Shown here one piece after another: positions 33,457 to 41,428 of a stretch of 64,000 nt of DNA; within the stretch, counting starts at the first letter, position 1; each line of letters opens with the position of its first letter. The stretch spans positions 65,391 through 129,390 of the forward strand of contig JAFGLN010000014.1 in NCBI GenBank assembly GCA_016928025.1. The letters are read 5' to 3'. The notes beneath the pieces are model-generated. The model saw only the letters and a program-made list of their open reading frames with translations. It was not told the origin of the DNA and did not search any database. The position numbers and the translations under genes were made by a program. The DNA is from Deltaproteobacteria bacterium. Lineage in GTDB: Bacteria > Desulfobacterota > Syntrophia > Syntrophales > JAFGHS01.

Positions 33457-35266
33457 ATTTTCTTGTAATGGCGCCCATGGGACAAACAGACACACAGACG
33501 CCGCAGCCGACGCAGGTATTCTCATCAATCACGACCCGCCCCTCTGCTTTGTCCAGCAGCAGGGCGGGGCATTCAAACTCATTCAGGCATTCTTCACAGC
33601 CCGTACAATCCTCCGTAACCTCCACTTCAAAGACCGGCTGCTTGTCCCTGATGCTTCTGTCCAGAAGACAGGGATGTTTCGAAATCACGACGGCGATGCC
33701 CCCTTCCACCGAGCGGCAATAGCGGTCGGCATCTCTCAAATGGGCGCTGAAGTCGTCCATGTCATAGGGATCGCATTCCCGGATAAACTCGACACCGCAT
33801 CCCTTTAATATGTCCGGAATCAAGACGGGCTTTCCCGGAGTGCCGTCTGCCGTGATTCCGACCTGTGGCGTCGGCTGGTTGCCTGTCATGGCCGTCGTGG
33901 CATTGTCCAGAATGACGAGAATAAATTTCGCTTTCTGAAAAACCGCGTTAATGAGGCCCGGAATTCCCGCATGGAAAAAGGTCGAATCGCCGATGCTGAC
34001 GACAATGGCCGGCGGGTCTTCCTGTCCCGCATAGGCAAAATAAAAGCCCGTCCCCTGACTGATGCAGGCACCCATGCAGTGGCAGGTGTCGATGGCTCCA
34101 AAATTCATCCCCAGGGTATAACAGCCGATATCGCTGGGGAAAATCCCCCGCGGGAAAGTCGTTTTAATGGCATAATAGGCGGCCCGATGGGGACATCCGG
34201 CACAAAGGGCGGGCCGCTTCCCTTTTGCCGCCGCAGGAGGCGCCTCGCCGGCAGGCAGATCCAGGAATTTTTCCAAGGCCCCCTGGATGACATCCGGCGT
34301 CAGTTCGCCGCGGTTGGGAATCCGGCCGGATTGCCGCCCCTGAACACGGGGATCGAGGAGCTGTGCCTCAATGACCGGATAGGTTTCCTCGACGATCAGG
34401 ATATGGTCGTAGCCGGAGCGGATCTGTTCGATAAAATTCCGCTGCAGCGGATAAGGCAGGGTAACCTGGAAGAGGTCGATCTGTCCGAGCAGTCCCATGT
34501 CTTCCAGCAGATCATAGGTACAGGCAAAGGCAACGCCGGAGGCGATAATGCAGGTAGCCTTTCGGGAGCCATCTCCTTTAAAGCAGCGGGGCCGGAAATC
34601 ATCCAGTTTCGAAATGTCGTCGATCTTTTCGTTGAGCTTGCGATGCAGCTCCGGAATGAATTGAGGCGTGGCGATCCAGCGGCCGGGATCCTTTTCAAAG
34701 CGGGGTGTTCTTTCCATGAATACCGGCTCATCGCAGGAAACATTCTGGCGGGCATGACAAACCCGCGTCGTCGGCCGGAGCATGACGGGGATCTCGTATT
34801 TTTCCGACAGGTCAAAGGCTGTTTGCACCATGGCCTTCGATTCCGCCGGGCTGGACGGATCCAGAACGGGAATTTTGGCAAACTGGGCGAAAAAGCGGCT
34901 GTCCTGCTCCGTCTGCGAACTGTGGGGGCCCGGATCGTCGGCCACCACGAGAACGAATCCGCCCTTCACCCCCAGGTAGGCGGAGCGCATGAACGGATCG
35001 GCGGCCACATTCAGCCCGACCTGTTTCATGGCGACAGCGGAGCGCTTCCCCGTATAGCTGCTTGCCAGGGCCCCCTCATAGGCGACCTTTTCGTTGACGG
35101 ACCATTCAAGGTGCATCTTCGCGTTCGTCTCTTTCGCGAATCCCACTGACGCCGCCAGGATTTCCGAAGACGGCGTTCCGGGATAGGCGGAAAAGAATTC
35201 GCATCCGCACTCCACAAGCCCCCTGCCCATGGCCTCGTTGCCCATTAAAATTCTTTCATCTTTCAA
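33455..35266 (-). CDS. iorA: indolepyruvate:ferredoxin oxidoreductase subunit alpha
   Basis: The motifs are 'LMGNEAMGRGLVECG', TPP-binding 'GDSTFFHAGIPGLINAV' and two C-terminal ferredoxin motifs ('CTGCEECLNEFECP', 'CVGCGVCVSVCP'). The start is taken as TTG 35266 (AAGGAGA lies 11 nt upstream); ATG 35245 is the alternative. The longest-ORF ATG at 35320 lies in the loop of a terminator hairpin and is rejected. Confidence 0.92.
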   Translation of the reverse strand: MKDERILMGNEAMGRGLVECGCEFFSAYPGTPSSEILAASVGFAKETNAKMHLEWSVNEKVAYEGALASSYTGKRSAVAMKQVGLNVAADPFMRSAYLGVKGGFVLVVADDPGPHSSQTEQDSRFFAQFAKIPVLDPSSPAESKAMVQTAFDLSEKYEIPVMLRPTTRVCHARQNVSCDEPVFMERTPRFEKDPGRWIATPQFIPELHRKLNEKIDDISKLDDFRPRCFKGDGSRKATCIIASGVAFACTYDLLEDMGLLGQIDLFQVTLPYPLQRNFIEQIRSGYDHILIVEETYPVIEAQLLDPRVQGRQSGRIPNRGELTPDVIQGALEKFLDLPAGEAPPAAAKGKRPALCAGCPHRAAYYAIKTTFPRGIFPSDIGCYTLGMNFGAIDTCHCMGACISQGTGFYFAYAGQEDPPAIVVSIGDSTFFHAGIPGLINAVFQKAKFILVILDNATTAMTGNQPTPQVGITADGTPGKPVLIPDILKGCGVEFIRECDPYDMDDFSAHLRDADRYCRSVEGGIAVVISKHPCLLDRSIRDKQPVFEVEVTEDCTGCEECLNEFECPALLLDKAEGRVVIDENTCVGCGVCVSVCPMGAITRK

Positions 35267-35293
35267 GGGTAATCGGTTCTCCTTTTTATAAAT

Positions 35294-35330
35294 AAAAAAA
35301 GGCCGTGGATTTTGGCCCATCCACGGCCTT
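35294..35330 (-). terminator. intrinsic terminator between the leader ORF and iorA (attenuator candidate)
   Basis: On the minus-strand RNA the structure is AAGGCCGUGGAU-GGGCCAAA-AUCCACGGCCUU, a perfect 12-bp stem, followed by a U-run (plus-strand A7 at 35294-35300). The iorA Shine-Dalgarno sequence follows directly. Confidence 0.8.
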
Positions 35331-35356
35331 GTAAATCAAACTTCAAACTGGTGCCT

Positions 35357-35434
35357 TTAGAGGACAAGCCTTTCCCGCTTATTTAACCTCCGCCACCACC
35401 AGCAATTTAAAATGTATTTTTCGGTAAGCTTCAT
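35357..35434 (-). CDS. putative Trp-rich leader peptide (25 aa, MKLTEKYILNCWWWRRLNKRERLVL)
   Basis: The ORF runs from ATG 35434 (AGGA at 35446-35443, 8-nt spacer) to TAA 35359-35357. Three consecutive TGG codons lie at 35401-35393. It is too short for the supplied ORF track and was translated by hand. Confidence 0.55.
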   Translation of the reverse strand: MKLTEKYILNCWWWRRLNKRERLVL

Positions 35435-35457
35435 TGTTTACGTCCTGATTGATCAGA

Positions 35458-35484
35458 TTTATATCAACAAAAACAAAAAATCAA
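35458..35484 (-). promoter_or_regulatory. possible sigma70 promoter for the leader / ior operon
   Basis: On the minus strand, TTGATT (35484-35479), a 15-nt spacer and TATAAA (35463-35458) are present. The spacer is short, so this is tentative. Confidence 0.3.
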
Positions 35485-35723
35485 GAAGAATTTAAGGTAC
35501 GATGGTACAAAAAAACAGGGCGTTGCTATATGGTACACGTCCATCAGAGCAGGGTTTTTATTTCTTGTAATTTTCCTTATACTTTGTTTAGCTTATGCCA
35601 ATCATCAACCTTAAGCTACCATGTGAACAGATCCGCATAATAAACCATATTACTGAGTGTGCTTCGGGTGTGACTGCCCATTTCTTGTAACCTTTAAAAT
35701 CTCTATTACTTGAGGTAATATAA

Positions 35724-36302
35724 ATGTCACAAATTGAACAAAACCTGCGGTCAAAGCAGAATATTCCTGAAATCAGGTGCTATCGGTCTCCAAAAATTGA
35801 AATCCGCGCCAGCGGTCCAAAGGGTCGTGGGCTTTTCGCGACGGAGAAGATCAAACGGGGTGAGGTCGTCGCCATCAAGGCGGGGCATATTGTGACGGCG
35901 GATCGACTTCCTGAGATTACCACTGCCACCGGAGATTACGCCCTTCAGATCGATGATTATTTTTACCTGAGTCCGATCTCATCGGAAGAAGTTGAGAGAC
36001 TCACTATCTTCATCAACCATTCCTGCGACCCCAATGTCGGCTTCGACGGTCAAATCACCTATGTCGCCATGCGCGACATCGAACCGGAAGAGGAATTGTG
36101 CCACGACTACGCCATGATGCGTACCGACGGCTATTCCCTGGATTGCCTTTGCGGATCGGAACTCTGCCGGGGCAAAGTTACCGGCGAAGACTGGAAAGAT
36201 CCTCAGCTCCAGCAAAGATACGGCAACTATTTCTCTTCTTACATTTTGCGTAAGATCAGGCAGCTCAGGGAGACTGAAGGAAAACAGTTTTTATCGCAAT
36301 AG
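35724..36302 (+). CDS. SET-domain protein (putative lysine methyltransferase)
   Basis: The protein is 192 aa. 'GRGLFATEKIKRGEVV', 'FINHSCDPN' and 'ELCHDY' are the SET signature, and a post-SET-like Cys cluster 'CLCGSELCRG' follows. GAGG precedes the ATG. Confidence 0.85.
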   Translation: MSQIEQNLRSKQNIPEIRCYRSPKIEIRASGPKGRGLFATEKIKRGEVVAIKAGHIVTADRLPEITTATGDYALQIDDYFYLSPISSEEVERLTIFINHSCDPNVGFDGQITYVAMRDIEPEEELCHDYAMMRTDGYSLDCLCGSELCRGKVTGEDWKDPQLQQRYGNYFSSYILRKIRQLRETEGKQFLSQ

Positions 36303-36424
36303 AATTGACTTGGAGATGGGGAACATCCAATGTCCCGCGGGAAACAAACTATAGATTACTCTAAAACATCAGGGACAAAAGGGCCTCGTGTTTCAACAGC
36401 CCGGCAACGAAGACGGACGAGATA

Positions 36425-37219
36425 TTGAGGCAAAACTTACGAACCTATGGCAAAGCGCCTTTTAGCATAGCCGTCATCCACGGAGGTCCCGGCGGCGGTG
36501 GAGAAATGGCACCGATTGCCCGCCGGCTGGCCGGCGATTATGGCGTCTTGGAGCCGATCCAGACAGCCGGCACCCTTGAAGGGCAAGTTCGGGAACTGAA
36601 ACAGGTCTTGGAGGAACATAGCTCTTTCCCGGTTGTTCTGATCGGCTTTTCCTGGGGGGCCTGGCTCAGTTTCATCGTTGCGGCCCGCTGCCCTGCTCTT
36701 GTTAAAAAACTGATACTGGTGGGATGCGGTCCGTTTGAAGAAAAGTACGTCTTACTGCTTCACGAAACGAGGCTAAGCCGCCTCAATGCAGAGGAGAAAA
36801 TCGAGTTTGCGTCCCTCCTCCAGGCGCTCAGCGGCCCGCAGGCAAATGATCAAGACCGCGTCTTGGCCCGGTTAGGACTTTTGGCATCAAAAGCGGACAC
36901 CTATGACGCGCTCACGGACGGGATCAATGACGCAGACAAGATTGATCTGTCCGGCGGTATCTACCAAAGCGTATGGGATGCCGCAGCCAACATGCGAAGG
37001 ACCGGGGAGTTGTTGAAATTGGCCGAACAGATCCAATGCCCCGTGTTTGCGATACACGGCGATTACGATCCCCATCCGGCGATAGGCGTTGAAAAGCCTC
37101 TATCGGGTGTTCTCAAGGACTTTCGCATGGTGATACTTGAAAAGTGCGGACATACGCCATGGATGGAGCGGCAGGCACAGGAGCGTTTTTATCACGTTCT
37201 CCATGAGGCGCTACTTTAA
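36425..37219 (+). CDS. alpha/beta hydrolase
   Basis: The gene has a TTG start and encodes 264 aa. The oxyanion region is 'VIHGGPGGGGEM', the nucleophile elbow is 'GFSWGAW', and the C-terminal 'GHTPWMER' supplies the His. Confidence 0.8.
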   Translation: MRQNLRTYGKAPFSIAVIHGGPGGGGEMAPIARRLAGDYGVLEPIQTAGTLEGQVRELKQVLEEHSSFPVVLIGFSWGAWLSFIVAARCPALVKKLILVGCGPFEEKYVLLLHETRLSRLNAEEKIEFASLLQALSGPQANDQDRVLARLGLLASKADTYDALTDGINDADKIDLSGGIYQSVWDAAANMRRTGELLKLAEQIQCPVFAIHGDYDPHPAIGVEKPLSGVLKDFRMVILEKCGHTPWMERQAQERFYHVLHEALL

Positions 37220-37270
37220 GATTTGTGCAACTATCAGAGATTGACAGTATCGGCCAACAAGGGGAAAAAC

Positions 37271-37846
37271 ATGCCGATGAATATCGAAATAAAGGCCCGC
37301 ATCGAGAGCGTTGATTCTCTCTTTCCAAAAGCCGCCGAGATTGCCGATAAAGGACCCATCGAAATCGCTCAGGACGACACCTTCTTTACGTGCCCGAACG
37401 GCCGGTTGAAGCTCCGCGTTCTGTCCCCCACGGAAGGACAGCTTATCTTCTACCGCCGCTCCGACAAGAAAGGACCCAAGGAATCGTTCTACCTCGTTTC
37501 CCCCACAACGACTCCTGACACTCTGCGGGAGTCTTTGTCGCTGGCCTATGGCCAGTACGGGCATGTGCGCAAGATGCGGACACTGTTTCTTGCCGGAAAT
37601 ACCCGCATCCATCTTGACCGGGTTGAAGGCCTGGGGGATTTCCTCGAGTTGGAAGTCGTCCTGTCGGAGGGCGAGGCGATTGAAGCGGGCCAAGCCGTTG
37701 CCCGGGAAATTATGGACAAGCTCGGTATTCTGCCGGATCAACTCATCGAGGGAGCCTACATCGACTTGCTAAATTCACCAGATGCTGAAAGAAGCGTGGG
37801 TACGGATGGTCAACGATTCCCGAAAAATTTGTACCGGGCAGAATAA
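37271..37846 (+). CDS. CYTH-domain protein (class IV adenylate cyclase / triphosphate tunnel metalloenzyme)
   Basis: 'MPMNIEIKARI' contains the ExExK motif, and 'RIHLDRVEGLGDFLELEVV' is also present. GGGG precedes the ATG at 37271. The ORF is open from 37223. Confidence 0.8.
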   Translation: MPMNIEIKARIESVDSLFPKAAEIADKGPIEIAQDDTFFTCPNGRLKLRVLSPTEGQLIFYRRSDKKGPKESFYLVSPTTTPDTLRESLSLAYGQYGHVRKMRTLFLAGNTRIHLDRVEGLGDFLELEVVLSEGEAIEAGQAVAREIMDKLGILPDQLIEGAYIDLLNSPDAERSVGTDGQRFPKNLYRAE

Positions 37847-37925
37847 CGATATTATATGAGCCTGCGCCGGCAAAGGACGGCGCTCTGGGTCTGTGGGACT
37901 GGAAAATGAACCGAACAGGAAGGAC

Positions 37926-38507
37926 ATGATGAGCCATTTTTTTGCCTATCTGTCGAGAATGAAATTCATTCAGCGTTGGGGCATGATGCACAACACGTAT
38001 CCCGAAAACGTCCAGGAGCACAGTTTGCAGGTCGCTATGATTGCCCATGCCCTGGCCGTCATCCGGAACCGCCTGTTCGGAGGCAACGTCAACCCGGAGC
38101 GCACCGCCGTCCTGGCCCTTTATCACGATGCCGGCGAAGTGCTCACAGGTGACCTGCCGGCGCCCATCAAATACTTCAATCCGGAGATCAAAACGGCTTA
38201 TAAAGCCATCGAGGCAGCTTCCGCCCGGAAGCTTTTCTCCATGGTGCCCGACAGTCTCAAAGCGGACTACGAGGCGCTGTTTCTCACGAAGGATCAAGAC
38301 CGCATCCATCGCGACCTGGTCGCGGCCGCCGACAAGCTTTGCGCCTACCTCAAGTGTCTGGAAGAAATAGGGGCCGGCAATCAGGAATTCTCAAAGGCCG
38401 AAAAAGCGCTCATCGCAATGGTCGAGGAACTTGATCTTCCGGAAGTGCGCTATTTCGTGGAAACGTTTGTGCCGAGCTTCAAGCTGACGCTGGATGAGCT
38501 GGATTGA
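37926..38507 (+). CDS. yfbR: HD-domain 5'-deoxynucleotidase (YfbR-like)
   Basis: 'FIQRWGMMHNTYPENVQEHSLQVAMIAHAL' and 'ALYHDAGEVLTGDLPAPIKY' carry the HD metal ligands. AGGAAGG precedes the ATG at 37926. Confidence 0.85.
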   Translation: MMSHFFAYLSRMKFIQRWGMMHNTYPENVQEHSLQVAMIAHALAVIRNRLFGGNVNPERTAVLALYHDAGEVLTGDLPAPIKYFNPEIKTAYKAIEAASARKLFSMVPDSLKADYEALFLTKDQDRIHRDLVAAADKLCAYLKCLEEIGAGNQEFSKAEKALIAMVEELDLPEVRYFVETFVPSFKLTLDELD

Positions 38508-38587
38508 ATGGGAGGCATTTCATTGCACAATGAATTGATCGTAAAGAAAAGAGACGGATAACCCAAAAGAAGGGAAGGAAATTGTCC

Positions 38588-39109
38588 ATGGAGGAAGAAA
38601 AAAATCATTCTGAAAAGCAGGACAAGAAATTAGCGGCGGTATGTGGCCTTTACTGTGAGGCCTGCTCGTGGTTTATCGCAACGACCGAAGATCCGGAAAG
38701 GCTCAAAAAACTTGCGGCACAATTGCATATGTCCGAAGAAGAAAGCAAATGTTATGGATGCCGATCGGATAAGCGGATACCCTATTGCGAGCAGTGCAGA
38801 ATGTTCGCATGCGCCGCTGAGCAGGGCATCGACTTTTGCGGCGAATGCAATCAGTATCCCTGCGACGAGATCAAACAGTTTCAATCCGCCATGCCTCATC
38901 GAATCGATCTTTGGACCAATCTTGAACGCATCAAGTCTGTTGGTTACAAAAAATGGCTTGCAGAAACAAGGGAGGACTATACCTGCCCGCAATGCGGGAC
39001 CATCAATTCCACCTATGACATCAAATGTCGAAAGTGCGGCGAAGAGCCGAGCTGCAATTATGTAGCCCAACACAAGCAGGAGATCATTCGGTTTTTGAAA
39101 AACAGGTGA
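38588..39109 (+). CDS. DUF3795-family Cys-rich protein
   Basis: The Cys pattern 'AAVCGLYCEACSWF...CYGCRS...CEQCRMFACA...FCGECNQYPC' is typical of DUF3795. A C-terminal zinc-ribbon-like 'CPQCG...CRKCG' follows. GGAAGGA precedes the ATG at 38588. Confidence 0.75.
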   Translation: MEEEKNHSEKQDKKLAAVCGLYCEACSWFIATTEDPERLKKLAAQLHMSEEESKCYGCRSDKRIPYCEQCRMFACAAEQGIDFCGECNQYPCDEIKQFQSAMPHRIDLWTNLERIKSVGYKKWLAETREDYTCPQCGTINSTYDIKCRKCGEEPSCNYVAQHKQEIIRFLKNR

Positions 39110-39188
39110 TTCCAACCCATTTGATCCGATGCGGGTCGGAAACAGCCGTCAAAGAAAAGTGGCTGGTAGGGACATAAAGGAGTTGCGA

Positions 39189-39599
39189 ATGATTGATTAC
39201 AGGACCGGCATAAACAGCATCTACTGGGAGGCTCTCGCCAATTTGTATCTTCAGGTCGGGTTGGGCATCGGGAAAAAAGATGTCGCTACGCTTCGCCAAG
39301 CATTTGAAGGCAGCGGCAAGGTCGTAACGGCCTGGCATAATGGAGAACTGGTCGGTGCCGGACGCATGATCACCGACGGCATACGCTACGGCAGCATATT
39401 CGACGTCGGCGTTCTTCCCGCATTCCAGAAGCAGGGAATAGGAAAGGATATTATGAATGAGTTAATAAAAGGAAATGAGCACCTGTATATTCATCTTACG
39501 TCCACATTCGGCAATGAGCTGTTTTACAGTAAGCTCGGTTTCCGGCGCCATAAGACGGCAATGGCCAAATATCCGCATGATTCGGACTATCTGGAGTAA
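39189..39599 (+). CDS. GNAT-family N-acetyltransferase
   Basis: 'VGAGRMITDGIRYGSIFDVGVLPAFQKQGIGKDIM' is the acetyl-CoA-binding motif A (Q/RxxGxG). AAGGAG precedes the ATG at 39189. Confidence 0.85.
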   Translation: MIDYRTGINSIYWEALANLYLQVGLGIGKKDVATLRQAFEGSGKVVTAWHNGELVGAGRMITDGIRYGSIFDVGVLPAFQKQGIGKDIMNELIKGNEHLYIHLTSTFGNELFYSKLGFRRHKTAMAKYPHDSDYLE

Positions 39600-39618
39600 T
39601 GCATCGGATCGTCAATGA

Positions 39619-40908
39619 TCAATTCCGGTTGTCGAAAACCCGCTTTGACTTGCGCTCCGTTCGGGGGAGGGACTGATAATCCACAATTTCCACCTGGCCG
39701 CTGACAAGGGCTTCTTTGCGGACGGTCCTTTCGATGCCGGTCGCCAGGTTGCGGTCGCTCGCCGGATCGCCGCCCTCTTCCCGCTCTACCTTGATTGTCA
39801 TGTAATCCTTGCCGTCGTCCAGGCGGTCGAGATGGATCTGGAATTCGCTGCCGATGCCCTGCTGCCGGGAAAGGATCTCATCGATGTGGCTGGGGTAGAT
39901 ATTGACGCCCCGGACGATGAACATGTCGTCGGAGCGGCCGACGATTTTGTCGTGCCGGGGGAACGGCGAGCCGCAGGGGCAGTCGCCGGGGATGAGTCGC
40001 GTCAGGTCTCGGGAGCGATAGCGGATCATGGGCGCCCCTTCCTTTTTCAGGGTTGTATACACCATCTCGCCTACTTCCCCCTCTTTGACCGGCTCCAGCG
40101 TTTCCGGATCGAGGATCTCCAGGATATAATAATCGGACCAGTAGTGAATCCCCGTGTGGTGAACGCAGTCAAGGCCCGTGCCGGGGCCGTAAATCTCCGT
40201 CAGACCGGGGATGTCGAAGATATGCTCCGCTCCCAGAAGGGTTTTGACTTTTTGCCTCAGGGCGTCACTCGACCGCTCGGCGCCGAAAATGACCTTTTTG
40301 ACATTGATCTGGTCCCGCAATCCCCGGCTTTGGACTTCTTCCGCCAGAAGCAGGGCCATGGATGCCGTGCTGCAGATCACCGTGGTTTGGAAATCAACGA
40401 GAAACTGCAGCTGCATGTCGATATTGCCGGGCCCTGCGGGAATGGCGAAGGCGCCGAACCGTTCACAGCCCAGCTGAAAGCCCACACCAGCTGTCCAGAC
40501 ACCGTAACCGACACAGATCTGCACCCGGTCTTCTCTGGACAATCCCGCCGTCTCGTAACAGCGGGCAAACATGTCGGCCCAGTCATCGATGTCCTTGGCC
40601 GTATAGACCATGACCTTTCTCTTACCCGTCGTGCCGGATGAGGCATGAAGCCGCACGACATCTTCAAAGGGGACCGAGATCAGGGGATAGGGATAGTTTC
40701 CCTGAAGGTCCTGTGAGGTGGTAAACGGCAGCCGCTTTAAGTCTTCGAGACTCTTGATATCCTCCGGCTTGACCCCTGCTTCATCGAATTGTTTTCGATA
40801 AAAGTCCGATCCCGTGTAAGCGTGATGGACCGTCCATTTCAGGCCCGCAAGCTGCAGAGCGGCCAGTTCATCCGTTGTTATCGATGCCTGTGTGAATCTT
40901 TTTTGCAT
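39619..40908 (-). CDS. paaK: phenylacetate-CoA ligase family (aryl-acetate-CoA ligase)
   Basis: The protein is 429 aa. 'LHASSGTTGKRKVMVYTAKDIDDW', 'GLTEIYGPG' and 'YRSRDLTRL' are typical of PaaK. GAGG precedes the ATG. Confidence 0.9.
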   Translation of the reverse strand: MQKRFTQASITTDELAALQLAGLKWTVHHAYTGSDFYRKQFDEAGVKPEDIKSLEDLKRLPFTTSQDLQGNYPYPLISVPFEDVVRLHASSGTTGKRKVMVYTAKDIDDWADMFARCYETAGLSREDRVQICVGYGVWTAGVGFQLGCERFGAFAIPAGPGNIDMQLQFLVDFQTTVICSTASMALLLAEEVQSRGLRDQINVKKVIFGAERSSDALRQKVKTLLGAEHIFDIPGLTEIYGPGTGLDCVHHTGIHYWSDYYILEILDPETLEPVKEGEVGEMVYTTLKKEGAPMIRYRSRDLTRLIPGDCPCGSPFPRHDKIVGRSDDMFIVRGVNIYPSHIDEILSRQQGIGSEFQIHLDRLDDGKDYMTIKVEREEGGDPASDRNLATGIERTVRKEALVSGQVEIVDYQSLPRTERKSKRVFDNRN

Positions 40909-40978
40909 GGCGTGTTACCTCGTTATTGATATGTGATCCCGTTTTTTGCGCGTACTATTTATAGCGTGAACAGTCGCT

Positions 40979-41051
40979 CCTGTCATTCCCGCGCAGGCGG
41001 GAATCCAGATATTTTAGTTACTGGACCCCCGATCAGGTCGGAGATGACAGG
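40979..41051. repeat. family C repeat (CCTGTCATTCCCGCGCAGGCGGGAATCCAG ... ATGACAGG)
   Basis: The terminal inverted repeat is cctgtcat / atgacagg. The inner hairpin is ttcccgc-gcag-gcgggaa. It lies in the putative paaK 5' UTR. Confidence 0.75.
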
Positions 41052-41072
41052 AAGGATTACTAAGTGCACTGA

Positions 41073-41102
41073 AATATAGGGGAAGGTATTCTTTGATGTC
41101 AA
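41073..41102 (-). promoter_or_regulatory. sigma70-type promoter candidate for paaK
   Basis: On the minus strand, TTGACA (41102-41097), an 18-nt spacer and TATATT (41078-41073) are present. This implies a 5' UTR of about 155 nt that contains the family C repeat. Confidence 0.4.
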
Positions 41103-41428
41103 GATTTTTGATCGGCACAGGGGTCTATATTTGACAAATCATCAAATCCACGTTAGACAAGCAAAGATCACGTTTCGGAACTGATGGTCCAGGTCATACC
41201 ATTGAATATGAATAAGCATGGGTCGCAGGAATACCGCGAGGCAAAAAAAACAAAAATTATTCAGGTCAAGAGACTCGATCACAAATCTTTTTTATCATTT
41301 TGACTGCAGGGAGAAATCACGAAAACAAATCATATTAACACTGTAAAATTTCTCGCAGATGTTCGAATAGCAAAATTGTCCATTGAGACATCGCTTCAAA
41401 AGTCGGATTAAAGCCGTTTTTAAGGACT

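Noticed and set aside
35243-35320. The ATG at 35320 could be the iorA start (longest ORF, 621 aa).
   Set aside because: This ATG lies in the loop of the 12-bp terminator hairpin. The 18-25 extra residues (MGQNPRPFFIYKKENRLP…) are encoded by hairpin, U-run and Shine-Dalgarno DNA. TTG 35266, with AAGGAGA 11 nt upstream, or ATG 35245 gives the usual IorA N-terminus (…LMGNEA…).
35724-39599. A run of small, unrelated, same-orientation genes with intergenic gaps of about 80 nt could be an integron cassette array (CALIN).
   Set aside because: I checked the gaps at 37847-37925, 38508-38587 and 39110-39188 by eye for attC features (RYYYAAC … GTTRRRY with imperfect internal symmetry) and found none. 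The gaps share no sequence similarity, and no intI is present.
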